This document shows, in pieces, positions 20,842-31,879 of a stretch of 64,000 nt of DNA. Within the stretch, counting starts at the first letter, position 1. Each line of letters starts with the position of its first letter. This DNA is from Gammaproteobacteria bacterium (lineage in GTDB: Bacteria; Pseudomonadota; Gammaproteobacteria; UBA4575): positions 34,277 through 98,276 of the forward strand of contig CBDCTA010000003.1 of assembly GCA_965221955.1 (NCBI GenBank). Reading direction: 5' to 3'. The position numbers and the translations under genes are program-made. The notes beneath the pieces are model-generated. The model had not been told where the DNA came from, did no database searches, and was given only the letters and a program-made list of their open reading frames with translations.

Positions 20842-23800
20842 TTATACAGTTATGGAAAATGAGTTCACCAGATTCAGCAATTTATCCTCATCAAATGGTT
20901 TGGTCATATATTCAGACACACCAATTTTTAAAGCTTCTTGTTTGTGTTTATCTGTGGATCTCGATGTGATCATAATGATCGGTGTTTCTGCGGTATCAGG
21001 GTTTGATCTCAAGTGATCAGTTAGTTCCAAGCCGTTCATGCGCGGCATTTCTAAGTCTGTAAGAATGATGTGCGGTACTTGTTGTTGCACTTTATCGATT
21101 GCATCTACGCCATCGATAGCAGTTTGTACTGCAAATCCAAGATCTTGCATGAACTGCGCTAGTGATTTACGCGTACTGATTGCGTCTTCAACAATTAGCG
21201 CATGTTGACGTTGGTCCGTTTCTTTTGGTCTGTTGCCAAGAATGCTTCTTTTCACAGCGTCTTGAGAAGACATATTAATAATATCGAGTAAATTAACCAC
21301 GGTAGTAATACCGCCATCACCTAAAACAGTTGTGCCAAGCAAGCCAGTAATTTTTGGGATAAATCGACTAAATGGTTTGATAACAATTTCACGATTTTCT
21401 AATACGCGATCTACTAACACGGCCGATTTATTATTTAATTCATCTTGCACGATGAGTGCTGTTTGTCGTTGGACATCAATTTTATCTTCAGCATTTTCAA
21501 AAAGTATGCTTTGTAAATCAATTAATGGATAAATGAATTGCTGATGCTGGAACATTAATTGATCGTTTTCTAAAATTACTGTGCCAGCTCCTGGGTATAA
21601 GATTTCTTCTATCCCGTGGTTGGAGATGGCTAAGGTTTGTTCTCCAGATGAAATTAATAAGGCGTGTGTGGAGTGGAAAGTAGTAGGAATTGAAAGTTCG
21701 ATTTTTAAACCTTTTCCGGGGATAGAGTCTAGGTTAATTGTTCCTTTCATTTCTCTTATGTTGTCGAATACGACATCCAGTCCTACGCCACGGCCAGAAA
21801 GCTGAGATACGTTATCTTTAGTTGAGAAGCCGTGTTGTAGAATAAGTTTGATCGCATCCTGCTGGGAAAATTCACCGGACTCATTAAGCAGACCTCGTTC
21901 AATTGCAGTTTGTTTAATACGATCGGTGTCTAAGCCTCGGCCATCGTCTTCACATGTGACTTGAATGGTTTTACCTTCTTTTTTGAAGCTTAATTTAATG
22001 TTTCCTTCAGGGTCTTTGGCATTTTTTAATCGCCGTTCTGTTTGCTCAATACCATGGTCAATAGAATTCCTAAGCATATGCATCAATGGGTCGACTAGTC
22101 GATTCAATATCTCGCTATCAAGAAGTGTTTCTCCACCAATGATCTCAAGATGGGTTTGTTTGTTTAATAACTTGCATGCTTGTCTCACGCTACGGTTTAA
22201 TCTGGATTCAATAGTTTTAACGGGTACCATTCTAGTACGTAGCACAGCATCTTGAGTTTGAACTAAAGTTCGCGATTGACTGTTAGATAATTTCTCTAGC
22301 TTTGAAACCGTTTCTTCAATGTTGTTTAAAAATTCGTTTGAGTCATCAGAAGCTTCTATTAATTGATTGGTAAAAGTGTGTAATTCATTGAATTCATCCA
22401 TCTCTAGAGGATCAAATTTTCCATTTGAATTATTGCTACCAAATCGAGATGAAAATCCTTTGATCTCAATCATATGTTCTAACTCTTGGATCAAAGTTTT
22501 TATTCGGTTGTTATTACTGCGTAAATTTCTTGCAATTTCTTTTGATTGTGAAATAGATTCTTGAATCTGAGCATTCGAAATAATGTTTTCGCCTGCTTGA
22601 TTGAGAATTTCATCAATTAAATGGGAGGCAACACGTAGCGAAGCTTCAACATTGGCTTCTCGGTTCGGGCCTTCGGCAGGTTTGATGTTCTCATCAATTT
22701 GTGGTCTAGATTGAACTGATGTATTAAGAAGTAATTCATCAACCGTTTCACTATCTGACTCAGGAATTCCATGTTCATCAATTCGATTTGCCCAGTCTAA
22801 TATTTGTTGGAAGACCTCAAGTGCTTGCATAGGCTCGTTACCTACACCCATTAAGTATTCAGACATTTCCTCTAAACAATCAGCAGCATCTACCAAGGTG
22901 TTTAGAAGGGCATCGTTAGGTTTTTGCGCAGCTTTAAGCAAGGCTTCTAAAATATCCTCTAAATTATGCGTTAAATTGGCTAGTCCTTTAATGCCTACAG
23001 TGTTGCCAGCACCTTTTAAAGTATGCGCAATGCGTTTTGCTGTTTCAATTTCTTCGATAAATTCATTAGTGGTTAAATTCTGTATAGAAGTAGAAAATTC
23101 GCTTGTTTGTTGTGGAAGGTCCACTAGTAAACTGTCAACAAGTTCTTGGGGCACATCCTCGGGGACGGCTAAGCTGATATTTTCAGGAGTTGCTTCACGC
23201 AATCGTTCCTCTTGTTGCTGATTGTCAACTTCGATATAAGAATTGTTAAATGCTTCAACAATAGCATTAAGTTCTTGTTCGCTTAATTTTATTGGCCAAC
23301 AATCTTGGTTTAAATACTCAATACAAGCTTGAAAATATTCAGAATCATCCAATGCAATAAGGTGTCCTTGCACAACATCCGGCCATATTAATAATTGTTC
23401 ATGTAATGGGACGATTTTTTTAACATCGGTTTCTTTAATATGCATGAATATTTTATGCATATGTTGCGCAAATTTTTGTAAGCCCTGCAGGCCTACCATT
23501 TCAGCAGCAGAGCCTATGCGTTCAATTTCATCTGCTTGAGTGTCCAAAACATTATTAAGTGTTGACAGGGATGGCTCAGCTTCGTTTAAAACAGCTAATT
23601 CTTCGCTGTGTGTTTCTTGTATTTCACTGAGTTCAGCATTAAATAAATCTAGAAATTCCAGTTGTTCAGAACTGAAGGCTTGTAAATCGATTTTTGAGTC
23701 TCGAATGCCTGACTCGTAAGCATCTGCCACGATTGTTTCTTCAGGTTTTTCTTCAGGGATTCCTTCAGATTCAATAAATAAATCCTCGATGACTTCGGCT

Positions 23801-24177
23801 TCAGTATTTTTCTTAAACCAGTTGTTATGATCTAAATAATTTGCAATTGTCTCATGTACTTCGCTGTCTTCACGATTTGATATGAATTCACTGATATACA
23901 AAGGCCATGCGCAGAGCAATTCGGTCTGCTCAAAACTAGGGATGGATCCTTGCAGAGGCTCTAAAATTTCTTGTAAGTGTGAGAAAACAAGAAGAAGCTC
24001 TTGGTCATTTGCATTTTCAGCTAGTTCACATAGCTGAACAATCGATAAATCAAATTCAAGTAATAAAGTTTGAAAGTCCTCGGCAGATGGCTCCTGCGGT
24101 TTGGTCTCAGACCAAGTCTGTATGAAACCTTCTAAGCCATCGATTATTTCAAGGCTATGTTGGACTAAGTCACTCAT
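20842..24177 (-). CDS. CheA/ChpA-like hybrid kinase (Hpt, HATPase, CheW, REC)
   Basis: AHTLKG, DPLEMDEF, HMLRNSIDHGIE, SGRGVGLDVV, C-terminal DLEMPRMNG. Confidence 0.92.
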   Translation of the reverse strand: MSDLVQHSLEIIDGLEGFIQTWSETKPQEPSAEDFQTLLLEFDLSIVQLCELAENANDQELLLVFSHLQEILEPLQGSIPSFEQTELLCAWPLYISEFISNREDSEVHETIANYLDHNNWFKKNTEAEVIEDLFIESEGIPEEKPEETIVADAYESGIRDSKIDLQAFSSEQLEFLDLFNAELSEIQETHSEELAVLNEAEPSLSTLNNVLDTQADEIERIGSAAEMVGLQGLQKFAQHMHKIFMHIKETDVKKIVPLHEQLLIWPDVVQGHLIALDDSEYFQACIEYLNQDCWPIKLSEQELNAIVEAFNNSYIEVDNQQQEERLREATPENISLAVPEDVPQELVDSLLVDLPQQTSEFSTSIQNLTTNEFIEEIETAKRIAHTLKGAGNTVGIKGLANLTHNLEDILEALLKAAQKPNDALLNTLVDAADCLEEMSEYLMGVGNEPMQALEVFQQILDWANRIDEHGIPESDSETVDELLLNTSVQSRPQIDENIKPAEGPNREANVEASLRVASHLIDEILNQAGENIISNAQIQESISQSKEIARNLRSNNNRIKTLIQELEHMIEIKGFSSRFGSNNSNGKFDPLEMDEFNELHTFTNQLIEASDDSNEFLNNIEETVSKLEKLSNSQSRTLVQTQDAVLRTRMVPVKTIESRLNRSVRQACKLLNKQTHLEIIGGETLLDSEILNRLVDPLMHMLRNSIDHGIEQTERRLKNAKDPEGNIKLSFKKEGKTIQVTCEDDGRGLDTDRIKQTAIERGLLNESGEFSQQDAIKLILQHGFSTKDNVSQLSGRGVGLDVVFDNIREMKGTINLDSIPGKGLKIELSIPTTFHSTHALLISSGEQTLAISNHGIEEILYPGAGTVILENDQLMFQHQQFIYPLIDLQSILFENAEDKIDVQRQTALIVQDELNNKSAVLVDRVLENREIVIKPFSRFIPKITGLLGTTVLGDGGITTVVNLLDIINMSSQDAVKRSILGNRPKETDQRQHALIVEDAISTRKSLAQFMQDLGFAVQTAIDGVDAIDKVQQQVPHIILTDLEMPRMNGLELTDHLRSNPDTAETPIIMITSRSTDKHKQEALKIGVSEYMTKPFDEDKLLNLVNSFSITV

Positions 24178-24208
24178 GCGTTGTTCTATGTTTAAATTTT
24201 TCGTTTAC

Positions 24209-26464
24209 TTACGCATTAGCCGCTTTCTGAGTGTCGTTTTTTCCCTCCAACACATTTTTCAATTCTTTTGATTCAACATTTTTAACTTTCGCATTGTTTT
24301 CAGACTCTGGTAGTTTGAAGACTTTAACAGTAGATAATAATCTGTTTGAGTATCTAACTAGATTTGTAGTGTTGTTAGTTTGCTGTTTCAAGTGTTTATC
24401 CGTTGTTCTAGTACTTTCAGCAATTTCATTAGACTGATGCACTAACTGTAAACTTTCGTCAGCTTGAGCTTTTGAGCTCTGAGTAATCTTAGCCACCGCT
24501 TTTACTAGATCTTCTGTAGACGTTTGAGTTTGTTTCATAGCGTCACCAGCATGTTGAGCTAGTTGCGTACCTGCGGCAACTTGACTAATCGCGTGATTCA
24601 TAGCGGTAACCGTGTCGGTTGTTTCAGCATGAATATTATTCACTAGGCCATCAATTTCAGTTGTCGCTTCACGAGCACTTTCTGCTAGTCTTTGTACCTC
24701 GTCGGCAACTACTGCAAAACCGCGTCCTGCTTCACCGGCTGAAGCGGCGTGCATACTCGCATTTAATGCAAGGATGTGTGTTCTTTCTGCGATACTGTTA
24801 ATCAAGTTCACGATTCCAGTAATTTCTTGAGAGCGTTCACCTAAGCGTTTAATTCTTTTCTCTGTCTCGCGTATAGTGTCGCGAATACTATTAATACCGT
24901 CTACAGATTTGTTTACAGCGTCTAGTGCGGTACGTGTATTGTTCAGCGCTTGGTCTGCTCGATTGTTTGCATCTACAGCATCGGAAGAAATTTTATTCAT
25001 TGCAGAAGATGATTTGTTAAGCATATCTACAGTGGTATCGACTTGACCACGTTTTTCTTCGGCAACCGCCATGATTAGGTTAGCTTGTTTAGCCAGCATG
25101 TTAGAGACACTTGCTACATGAATTGAGTAACGTTTTACATTATTCAGTGCAGTAGAAGTTTCTTTGGTGAGCAAGTTAAGTGAGTCACCCACAGCGCCTG
25201 TTACATCCTCATTCACAGGAACTTTTACGGTAAAATCTTTTTTACTAAGTTGCGCCACAGCTCTGATTAAATCAATTACAGAATCATTAAGTTGTTCTTT
25301 CTCTTTTTCAGAATCTGATAATTGGGTTACTTTTTCGTCGAGCAGTTTGTCAAAGGACATGGATAGTTCACCAAATTCATCCTTGCGTTTTGCGCCTACA
25401 CGGGCTTCTAGGTCACCATCGTTTACCGCATGAATTGTGTTGAGCAGTTTGTCAATTGGTCTTTTTAGATTATTTGCAAAATAAAGAAGTAGGGAAACCA
25501 CGATTCCAGAAATTGCTAGTAATAAAATAAGTGCGAATGCTGTAGTAATACCTGTTGATTTTTCTTGTTGTGCTTGGTTTTGGGTAATACTGAATTGAGA
25601 AGATTGACCCATTTCGTCAAACATCGGTCCAAGCATGAAGTCGTAGAGCTCTGTATATTCGTTAGCATTTCGTTTGTTGGTTACAATGTCATCAATAATG
25701 TTTAGATAATCGTTTAAGTAATTTTCAATCTCAATTTTTTTCTGTAGGCTAAGTGAAGTGCGATTTAATTCTTTCTTAAAACTCTGTACTTCAAACTTTA
25801 AATCTTCATAAGACTCAGTTAAGTCGATAGATTGAAGAATATGTTTTTTATGTGAACGGATTTTTGCAAGAAATGTAAACAACTTCGCGTTGCTAGAATT
25901 TGAGACACTATTTTCTACAATATTGAGGGTTGCATTTGCTTTTTGACGCAACCCATCTGCATCAGTAAAGCCAACAACTTGGTTAAATTTTACAATATCC
26001 GAAAATGAAGTTTTGTAATCATTTACTACAGATGACGATTGAGTAACCAACTCTGGAATGTAGTTTAATGGCAATCTCACTTCTTCAATAACAACTTCTT
26101 CAGTTGTAGTAGCATCGATTTTTTCTCCCAAAGCGCGTAATTGCTCCATGTTGCCTTCAAGCAAGGTTACATGTTTTGCATGTTCATCTAATGGTGCATT
26201 GTTATAGGTTTGTCCAGTAGATGCAGAAATACTTAATAGAAAGTCTTTTTCAAAACGTCTGACTTTGAAGTAGTTTTTTTGTGCTTCACCAACAAGCTGA
26301 CCATATTCTACGAATAAGTTGGTGCGATTAGTTGCATCACGCTCATTTTTAATTGTGTACAAATAAATAGATGCAGTAGCTAAGAAGCCGAGTAATACAG
26401 TCACGAATAATATGAAGAGTTTCTTCGCGATTGAAATGTCAGAAATTTTATTAAAACTAACCAT
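24209..26464 (-). CDS. Methyl-accepting chemotaxis protein (PilJ-like)
   Basis: Two transmembrane segments, HAMP domain, IAERTHILALNA..AGEAGRGFAVVADEV. Confidence 0.93.
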   Translation of the reverse strand: MVSFNKISDISIAKKLFILFVTVLLGFLATASIYLYTIKNERDATNRTNLFVEYGQLVGEAQKNYFKVRRFEKDFLLSISASTGQTYNNAPLDEHAKHVTLLEGNMEQLRALGEKIDATTTEEVVIEEVRLPLNYIPELVTQSSSVVNDYKTSFSDIVKFNQVVGFTDADGLRQKANATLNIVENSVSNSSNAKLFTFLAKIRSHKKHILQSIDLTESYEDLKFEVQSFKKELNRTSLSLQKKIEIENYLNDYLNIIDDIVTNKRNANEYTELYDFMLGPMFDEMGQSSQFSITQNQAQQEKSTGITTAFALILLLAISGIVVSLLLYFANNLKRPIDKLLNTIHAVNDGDLEARVGAKRKDEFGELSMSFDKLLDEKVTQLSDSEKEKEQLNDSVIDLIRAVAQLSKKDFTVKVPVNEDVTGAVGDSLNLLTKETSTALNNVKRYSIHVASVSNMLAKQANLIMAVAEEKRGQVDTTVDMLNKSSSAMNKISSDAVDANNRADQALNNTRTALDAVNKSVDGINSIRDTIRETEKRIKRLGERSQEITGIVNLINSIAERTHILALNASMHAASAGEAGRGFAVVADEVQRLAESAREATTEIDGLVNNIHAETTDTVTAMNHAISQVAAGTQLAQHAGDAMKQTQTSTEDLVKAVAKITQSSKAQADESLQLVHQSNEIAESTRTTDKHLKQQTNNTTNLVRYSNRLLSTVKVFKLPESENNAKVKNVESKELKNVLEGKNDTQKAANA

Positions 26465-26489
26465 GATTTATCCTTTGATAAAAAAGTAT

Positions 26490-27062
26490 TTATGTATTAC
26501 TAGGGGTTGATATTGATTCAAAAAAAGCAGGTAAATTAATACAAGCCCAAACATCTCCTTCGTTTTGATAAGCGTATTGAACATATGGCCGAATTGTATT
26601 CGGTAGTGAAGAATAATCAGTAGTCATTTGACTGGACTTAAAGCTGATACTGGAGGGTAATCTATTAATAATCAGCCCAATTGCATTCTCGGCTTGATCA
26701 ATAATGACAGTTTTACTGTTTGGGTTGTTGGTAGCGGTATATTTGTTGCTAAGTAAATATTCGATATCGATAATTGGAACGGCATCTCCTCTAATGTTCG
26801 ATACACCAATTAACCAATCCTCTGATAATGGAATATTATAAATTTCATTTTCTTCAAGGACTTCACAAGAAGTATTGCTATCGATGAGAAAGTTTAGGTC
26901 ACCAATTGCTACGCTATAGAAAATGGCTTCAGAGCTTGCTTGCTTGTTTTCAACAGGTTCGTTGTATGCAGACTCTAACTTCTCGATAAGTTTTGCATGT
27001 TCATCCAGCCATACCGAAGAGGTAGACTCTGTGAAACCATTAACGCTTGGATTGCTTTTCAT
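26490..27062 (-). CDS. CheW-like adaptor (PilI-like)
   Basis: IPLSEDWLIGVSNIRGDAVPIID. Confidence 0.88.
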   Translation of the reverse strand: MKSNPSVNGFTESTSSVWLDEHAKLIEKLESAYNEPVENKQASSEAIFYSVAIGDLNFLIDSNTSCEVLEENEIYNIPLSEDWLIGVSNIRGDAVPIIDIEYLLSNKYTATNNPNSKTVIIDQAENAIGLIINRLPSSISFKSSQMTTDYSSLPNTIRPYVQYAYQNEGDVWACINLPAFFESISTPSNT

Positions 27063-27424
27063 TGAATATACTGTTTAAGCTGAGAAACAATTTGATCAGC
27101 GGTGTAAGGTTTTCCGATTAAGTCTTTACCACCTTGCAGCTCTGCCCAAACGCGATCCGCTTTCTGGCATTTTCCAGTAACAAAAACGATAGGTATGTTT
27201 TTGGTTATCTCATTTGAACCAATTTCCCGACACGCTTCGAAGCCATCTTTATCATCCATGATGACATCCATGAAAATCATGCCTGGTTGCATGCTTTGTG
27301 CTTTTTCAATTGCTTCAGAACCAGAAAGTGCGGTAACTACTTGGTATCCAGCGTTTGAAACAATTGCTTTGATTTTTTCTAAGTCAGTTCTTGAATCATC
27401 AACTACTAATACTACTTTACTCAT
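27059..27424 (-). CDS. Single-domain response regulator (PilH-like)
   Basis: VVDDS, FMDVIM, DGFEACR, DRVWA. Confidence 0.9.
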   Translation of the reverse strand: MSKVVLVVDDSRTDLEKIKAIVSNAGYQVVTALSGSEAIEKAQSMQPGMIFMDVIMDDKDGFEACREIGSNEITKNIPIVFVTGKCQKADRVWAELQGGKDLIGKPYTADQIVSQLKQYIQ

Positions 27425-27462
27425 GACTATTCCGATGTATTAAATATGTGCGTAAATGTTTA

Positions 27463-28359
27463 CTAATTAAAAATACTTGTAACAACTTCTTCAAATTTGT
27501 CCTGTTCAACAGGTTTGGTTAGATAAGAATCACAACCTGCAAGTTTCCCTTTTACTTTGTCAAACGGAGAAGATTTACTCGTCAACATAATAATGGGGAT
27601 GTTGCTGGTAAAACGGTTACGTTTGATACGTCTGCAAACTTCATAACCGTCTATGCCTGGCATCACTACATCCAGGAAAATAAAATCAAAATCTTTCTTT
27701 TGTAAAAATAACAGCGCATCTCTCCCGCTTGATGCAAGTTCTACGTCGTAGTCCATTAAGCGTAACTTCATGTCGAGTGCTTTTCTTACAGGCAAACTGT
27801 CATCGACAACGAGAGCTGTGCGTTTTTTGTATTCGGGTTCTAGTTTCGGTCGTTTTCCAATAAAAGTTTCTATTTCTTGTTTGGATAGTTCACTTTGATA
27901 TTTCTGAGGGCCTGTTTTTGCGGCTTCTTTTTCAGCAGGTTCTTCAATACGTAATTCGGGTGTGTATTTGAGTTCCTTAACTGTGACTTCATCGAGACAT
28001 TTCAGTATGCGTGATGGGAAAAAAGGCAGTTTGGTTGAGCTGTAATTTGGATCATTAAGTGTGTTACGACTGGCGAGCAAAGTAGGCATCATGCTATGGC
28101 CATTGCCATTAATGTATTTCTTTTGCCATTCTAGTTTTGCATTTGGATCATCAGCATTTACGATTAAGATATCTGCATCATTGTCTGTGTCAGAATTAAA
28201 TAAAGTATAGGTGCGTGTGCGTCCTTGTGTGATTGCAAGAATACGTTTTAACACGTTTTTATCTTTTTCTTGTATTCCGCATAATTCAACACGAAAAGCT
28301 TGATCAGTTTCTCTCAAAATATTTCCCAACTTTATTTGTGCTAGATGCATCCTTTTCAT
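27463..28359 (-). CDS. Response regulator with PilG-like C-terminal REC domain and extra N-terminal domain
   Basis: VVDDS, FLDVVMPGIDGY, SSPFDKVKGKLAGCDSYLTKP. Confidence 0.88.
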   Translation of the reverse strand: MKRMHLAQIKLGNILRETDQAFRVELCGIQEKDKNVLKRILAITQGRTRTYTLFNSDTDNDADILIVNADDPNAKLEWQKKYINGNGHSMMPTLLASRNTLNDPNYSSTKLPFFPSRILKCLDEVTVKELKYTPELRIEEPAEKEAAKTGPQKYQSELSKQEIETFIGKRPKLEPEYKKRTALVVDDSLPVRKALDMKLRLMDYDVELASSGRDALLFLQKKDFDFIFLDVVMPGIDGYEVCRRIKRNRFTSNIPIIMLTSKSSPFDKVKGKLAGCDSYLTKPVEQDKFEEVVTSIFN

Positions 28360-28690
28360 GCACCTGAAAATTTCATAGAAATAGGGTGATAATGAGACTT
28401 TAGACGCTCTTTGACCTATGACAGCAAGAACAAGATTGAATGGATATTTTTAGCTGATACAGCGCAAAATAGCTTGTTTTTTCAGCTAATATAAGCCAAA
28501 TGTTAAAAGAAATATGATAGAAATTTTTGAGTAATTAAGGTTTTTTTAATTAGAGAAAGAAGGGCCAAAAGTTCCGAATATTTGTAATAAATAACTAAAA
28601 GTTTGTTATATATTCACGATATCAGGAGGTGGGTAAATTAGTGGTAGGAAGTATTAATGTGTTAAGAATATTAATCAAATAGTTCTAGAA

Positions 28691-29269
28691 TTATTCTCCA
28701 TCATATACTTCAAGTTGAACATTGTTCATCGAGTAGCCTGCAAATCCATATTCGCTGTCAACACTATCAGTTGTCATTGTACCCGTAACCCAAACTGCAT
28801 CATCTAACCATTTTTGTTTGAGTGGATTAATAGATTTTACATATACAATCTGATTAGAAGGAGGTGGGGGAACATGGATGCATGCACCAAAAAAAGGTGC
28901 AAGAAGAAATTCATTAAACGTACCTTTCTCAAAATCAAATTCTAATGGTACAACGTACCCTGGGATTTTAACGTATTCACCATTTAATTCAGGGACAATA
29001 GGTGCGGCTCTTAATTTATTTTGCATTTCTTCATAAGCCATTTGCGCTTCCTCTGTATCATCATCAATTTCATCACCAAAACCTAAATTATCAAAGAATC
29101 CATCTAACATAGACTTTTGGCTTTTTTCTAGCGACTCAAAATAGCCTTCTGGAGCTAAATCGCCCCATTCTAAAATTCGCGCCTCTTTTGCTAACAATGC
29201 ACCACTAATCCACAAGATTAAACTTATAAACAAGAAATAATAAATTACATTTGAGGTTTTAAAATTCAT
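28691..29269 (-). CDS. DUF3299 family protein (ZrgD-like)
   Basis: VKIPGYVVPLE, PFFGACIHVPPPPSNQ; ATG 29269 overlaps the upstream stop (ATGA). Confidence 0.88.
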   Translation of the reverse strand: MNFKTSNVIYYFLFISLILWISGALLAKEARILEWGDLAPEGYFESLEKSQKSMLDGFFDNLGFGDEIDDDTEEAQMAYEEMQNKLRAAPIVPELNGEYVKIPGYVVPLEFDFEKGTFNEFLLAPFFGACIHVPPPPSNQIVYVKSINPLKQKWLDDAVWVTGTMTTDSVDSEYGFAGYSMNNVQLEVYDGE

Positions 29270-30534
29270 AATCGAACTGTAAGTCCATCTTGTAAAGTTT
29301 TTCGGTAAGCATTGATTGCAGGATAAAGTGCTGCGAGTAAACCGCCAATAATAACTGTGATTAACATTAGCCATTGGAACCTAGTAGGGGGTTGAAGTTC
29401 AACATTAAATCCAAATGCGTTGATTAAGAAAGGATTAATTACGATTAAGAATATATATAAAAATGCTATACCAAATAGAATTCCCAGCATGACTAATATT
29501 TCAGACTCAATAACCATTAACGAAAAAATAGTCTTTGGTGACGCACCAACCGAACGAAGAATCGCAATTTCACGTCGTCTACCATTTAAGTTCGTTACAA
29601 TAATAGATAGCATTCCAAATAAACTAGTCAAAACAACAAATCCAGCAATTACAAAAAGTGCTTTTTCGATTATTTCTACGACTTTCCATAGCTCAAGTAA
29701 TGCAATGCCAGGCATTATGGCTAATAAGGGTTCAGATTTATATTCATTTATACCGCGGCGAATTGAAAATATGTCATGTTTGCTTTTTAGACCTAGTAGA
29801 AAAGCAGTGATAGATTTCGGTTCAAGGGAATGTTTTTCTAGGCTATGATCATTTTTTTGTATATTGCTTTGTACTGGTACACCCTGTTCCCAGCCAATAT
29901 GGATGGCTTCAAGACCTTTAAGTGAAATAAGCACTGAACTATCAAGTGGAGTTCCAGTTGGTTTAAGTATTCCTGCTATTGTAAAGGGTGAATCTTTATG
30001 GTCTGAAAAATCTGCACTATTGAGACCATGAGAAATAATTATTTTATTATTAAGTTGATAGCCTAATGATTTTGCTACTTTTGCCCCTATTACGGCATCA
30101 TAAGTATTTGTGAAAGCATTACCATCAACAAATTTTAGTGGATGACCTTTCCCAAACTTATAATATTTGAAAATGTCTTTTGTTGTACCTATTACTCGGT
30201 AGCCTTTATGAGAATCTCCCAGTGAAATTGGAATTGACCACTTCACTCGAGGATGTTTTCTTATTTTTTCATAGTTTTTCCAAGAAACATTATTTGTCGC
30301 GTTTCCGATATGGAAAATACTATACAGTAGTAATTGTATTGAACCGCTTCTTGATCCCACTATTAAGTCAGTGTCACTTACGGTATTAGTAAATCTTTCT
30401 TTGGCTTGTATACGGATGATGTCTACACCAAGTAATAACACAATACTTATAGCTATAGAAAAAATGGTCAATCCTATAGTTAGTTTACGAAAACGTAGAC
30501 TTTTTAAAGCAAGTTGAAAAACGTTCTTAGTCAT
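29266..30534 (-). CDS. MacB/FtsX-type ABC permease (ZrgC-like)
   Basis: QLLLYSIFHIG, PISLGDSHKG, RRREIAILRSVGA. Confidence 0.9.
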   Translation of the reverse strand: MTKNVFQLALKSLRFRKLTIGLTIFSIAISIVLLLGVDIIRIQAKERFTNTVSDTDLIVGSRSGSIQLLLYSIFHIGNATNNVSWKNYEKIRKHPRVKWSIPISLGDSHKGYRVIGTTKDIFKYYKFGKGHPLKFVDGNAFTNTYDAVIGAKVAKSLGYQLNNKIIISHGLNSADFSDHKDSPFTIAGILKPTGTPLDSSVLISLKGLEAIHIGWEQGVPVQSNIQKNDHSLEKHSLEPKSITAFLLGLKSKHDIFSIRRGINEYKSEPLLAIMPGIALLELWKVVEIIEKALFVIAGFVVLTSLFGMLSIIVTNLNGRRREIAILRSVGASPKTIFSLMVIESEILVMLGILFGIAFLYIFLIVINPFLINAFGFNVELQPPTRFQWLMLITVIIGGLLAALYPAINAYRKTLQDGLTVRL

Positions 30535-31235
30535 TTTCTACTATGGTTGATTTCAGCAAATGAAATAGAACGGTCGAATAACTTTGATAGAGTGAGGTCA
30601 TGACTGACAAATAATATGGCGCTGTTGCTATGTTTTGCTTCTTCAAATAATAGCTCTATAAAGCCTTGTTTAGCGTCTTGATCCAGTGCAGATGTTGGCT
30701 CATCTGCAATAATCATTTCAGGAGAGCCTATTAATGCGCGTGCTGCTGCAACCCTTTGCTGCTGTCCAGTACTTAGCTCTGTGACATTTTGCGAAATAAT
30801 TTTTTTTGCATTTAAGCCAAGTGAAGTAAGCAAATGGACTGATTCATCATAGATGTTACGTTTTTGAATAGCTAACATTTCTTTTCTTATCCAAGAAAAT
30901 GAACAAGGTAAAGAAATATTTTCAAACACATTCAAATATGGAATCAAATTAAACTGTTGAAAAATGATGCCCATGTGATCAACACGATATTGGTCACGAT
31001 CTTTTTGAGATAATGTAAATAGGTTTGTTCCTAATATACTAATTTCACCAATTGTTGGTCTAAGCACACCTGTGATTATATTTAATAATGTAGATTTACC
31101 GCATCCACTTGGCCCATAGATAAATAACTTCTCGCCACGTTTAAGGCTTAGTGCATCTATATTCAGTAAGGGTGATTGAGTGTCATTCCACCGAAATTCT
31201 AATTTTGAAAGTTCAAGACACGCGTGACCTAACAT
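30531..31235 (-). CDS. ABC ATPase (ZrgB-like)
   Basis: GPSGCGKST, LSTGQQQRV, IIADEPT. Confidence 0.92.
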   Translation of the reverse strand: MLGHACLELSKLEFRWNDTQSPLLNIDALSLKRGEKLFIYGPSGCGKSTLLNIITGVLRPTIGEISILGTNLFTLSQKDRDQYRVDHMGIIFQQFNLIPYLNVFENISLPCSFSWIRKEMLAIQKRNIYDESVHLLTSLGLNAKKIISQNVTELSTGQQQRVAAARALIGSPEMIIADEPTSALDQDAKQGFIELLFEEAKHSNSAILFVSHDLTLSKLFDRSISFAEINHSRK

Positions 31236-31259
31236 AAATTAATTTCGAGATTCATTAGG

Positions 31260-31844
31260 TCATTTTATTGACTGAATGCGATTGTCATTGGAAGCATTGA
31301 AGATTACTTGGTGTTCATTTGAAATGAATTGCACCTCTATTTTTTCAAGTGTTGGGAAATGATCAAAAATTAAATATTCGATAGATTCGAGTTCATTATC
31401 TGAACAATTGAACAAGTATTTTGCATTTACATCACTATGGGTATCATCATGGTCATGTGCTTCATGTACATGATGTACGTTTGTATCATGGTCAATTATT
31501 TCACTGTTAATATTGACAGAATTTAGTTTGCACGCATTAGGTTTATTAAATAAGAAAAGATTATTTGCATGTTCAAGGATAAAAGCTGATTGTTCAATTT
31601 TTTTATGCTGCTCTTCAGTTTTAGGTTTATGTTCAAAGCCAAATATATCAGTAGAGGAAAATGATAGAGCTACATTTAAAACATCACCTTCATATGAGAC
31701 ATTTGCACTTGCGTGTCCATGAACATGGGAGGTATGTTCTTCGAACTCATGATGCTCGTCATGGTGATGATCGTCTTCTTCAGCACTAATTGGGCTTACT
31801 ATATAAAGCACTATGAAAAAAATAAAAAATTTAGATTTCGACAT
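31260..31844 (-). CDS. His-rich periplasmic zinc-binding protein (ZrgA/DUF2796)
   Basis: Signal peptide, HVHGHA, GFEHKP, HSDVNAKYLFNC, His/Asp-rich tracts. Confidence 0.88.
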   Translation of the reverse strand: MSKSKFFIFFIVLYIVSPISAEEDDHHHDEHHEFEEHTSHVHGHASANVSYEGDVLNVALSFSSTDIFGFEHKPKTEEQHKKIEQSAFILEHANNLFLFNKPNACKLNSVNINSEIIDHDTNVHHVHEAHDHDDTHSDVNAKYLFNCSDNELESIEYLIFDHFPTLEKIEVQFISNEHQVIFNASNDNRIQSIK

Positions 31845-31879
31845 AGTTAATTAAATTATAGATTCAATAATTAACTTTA

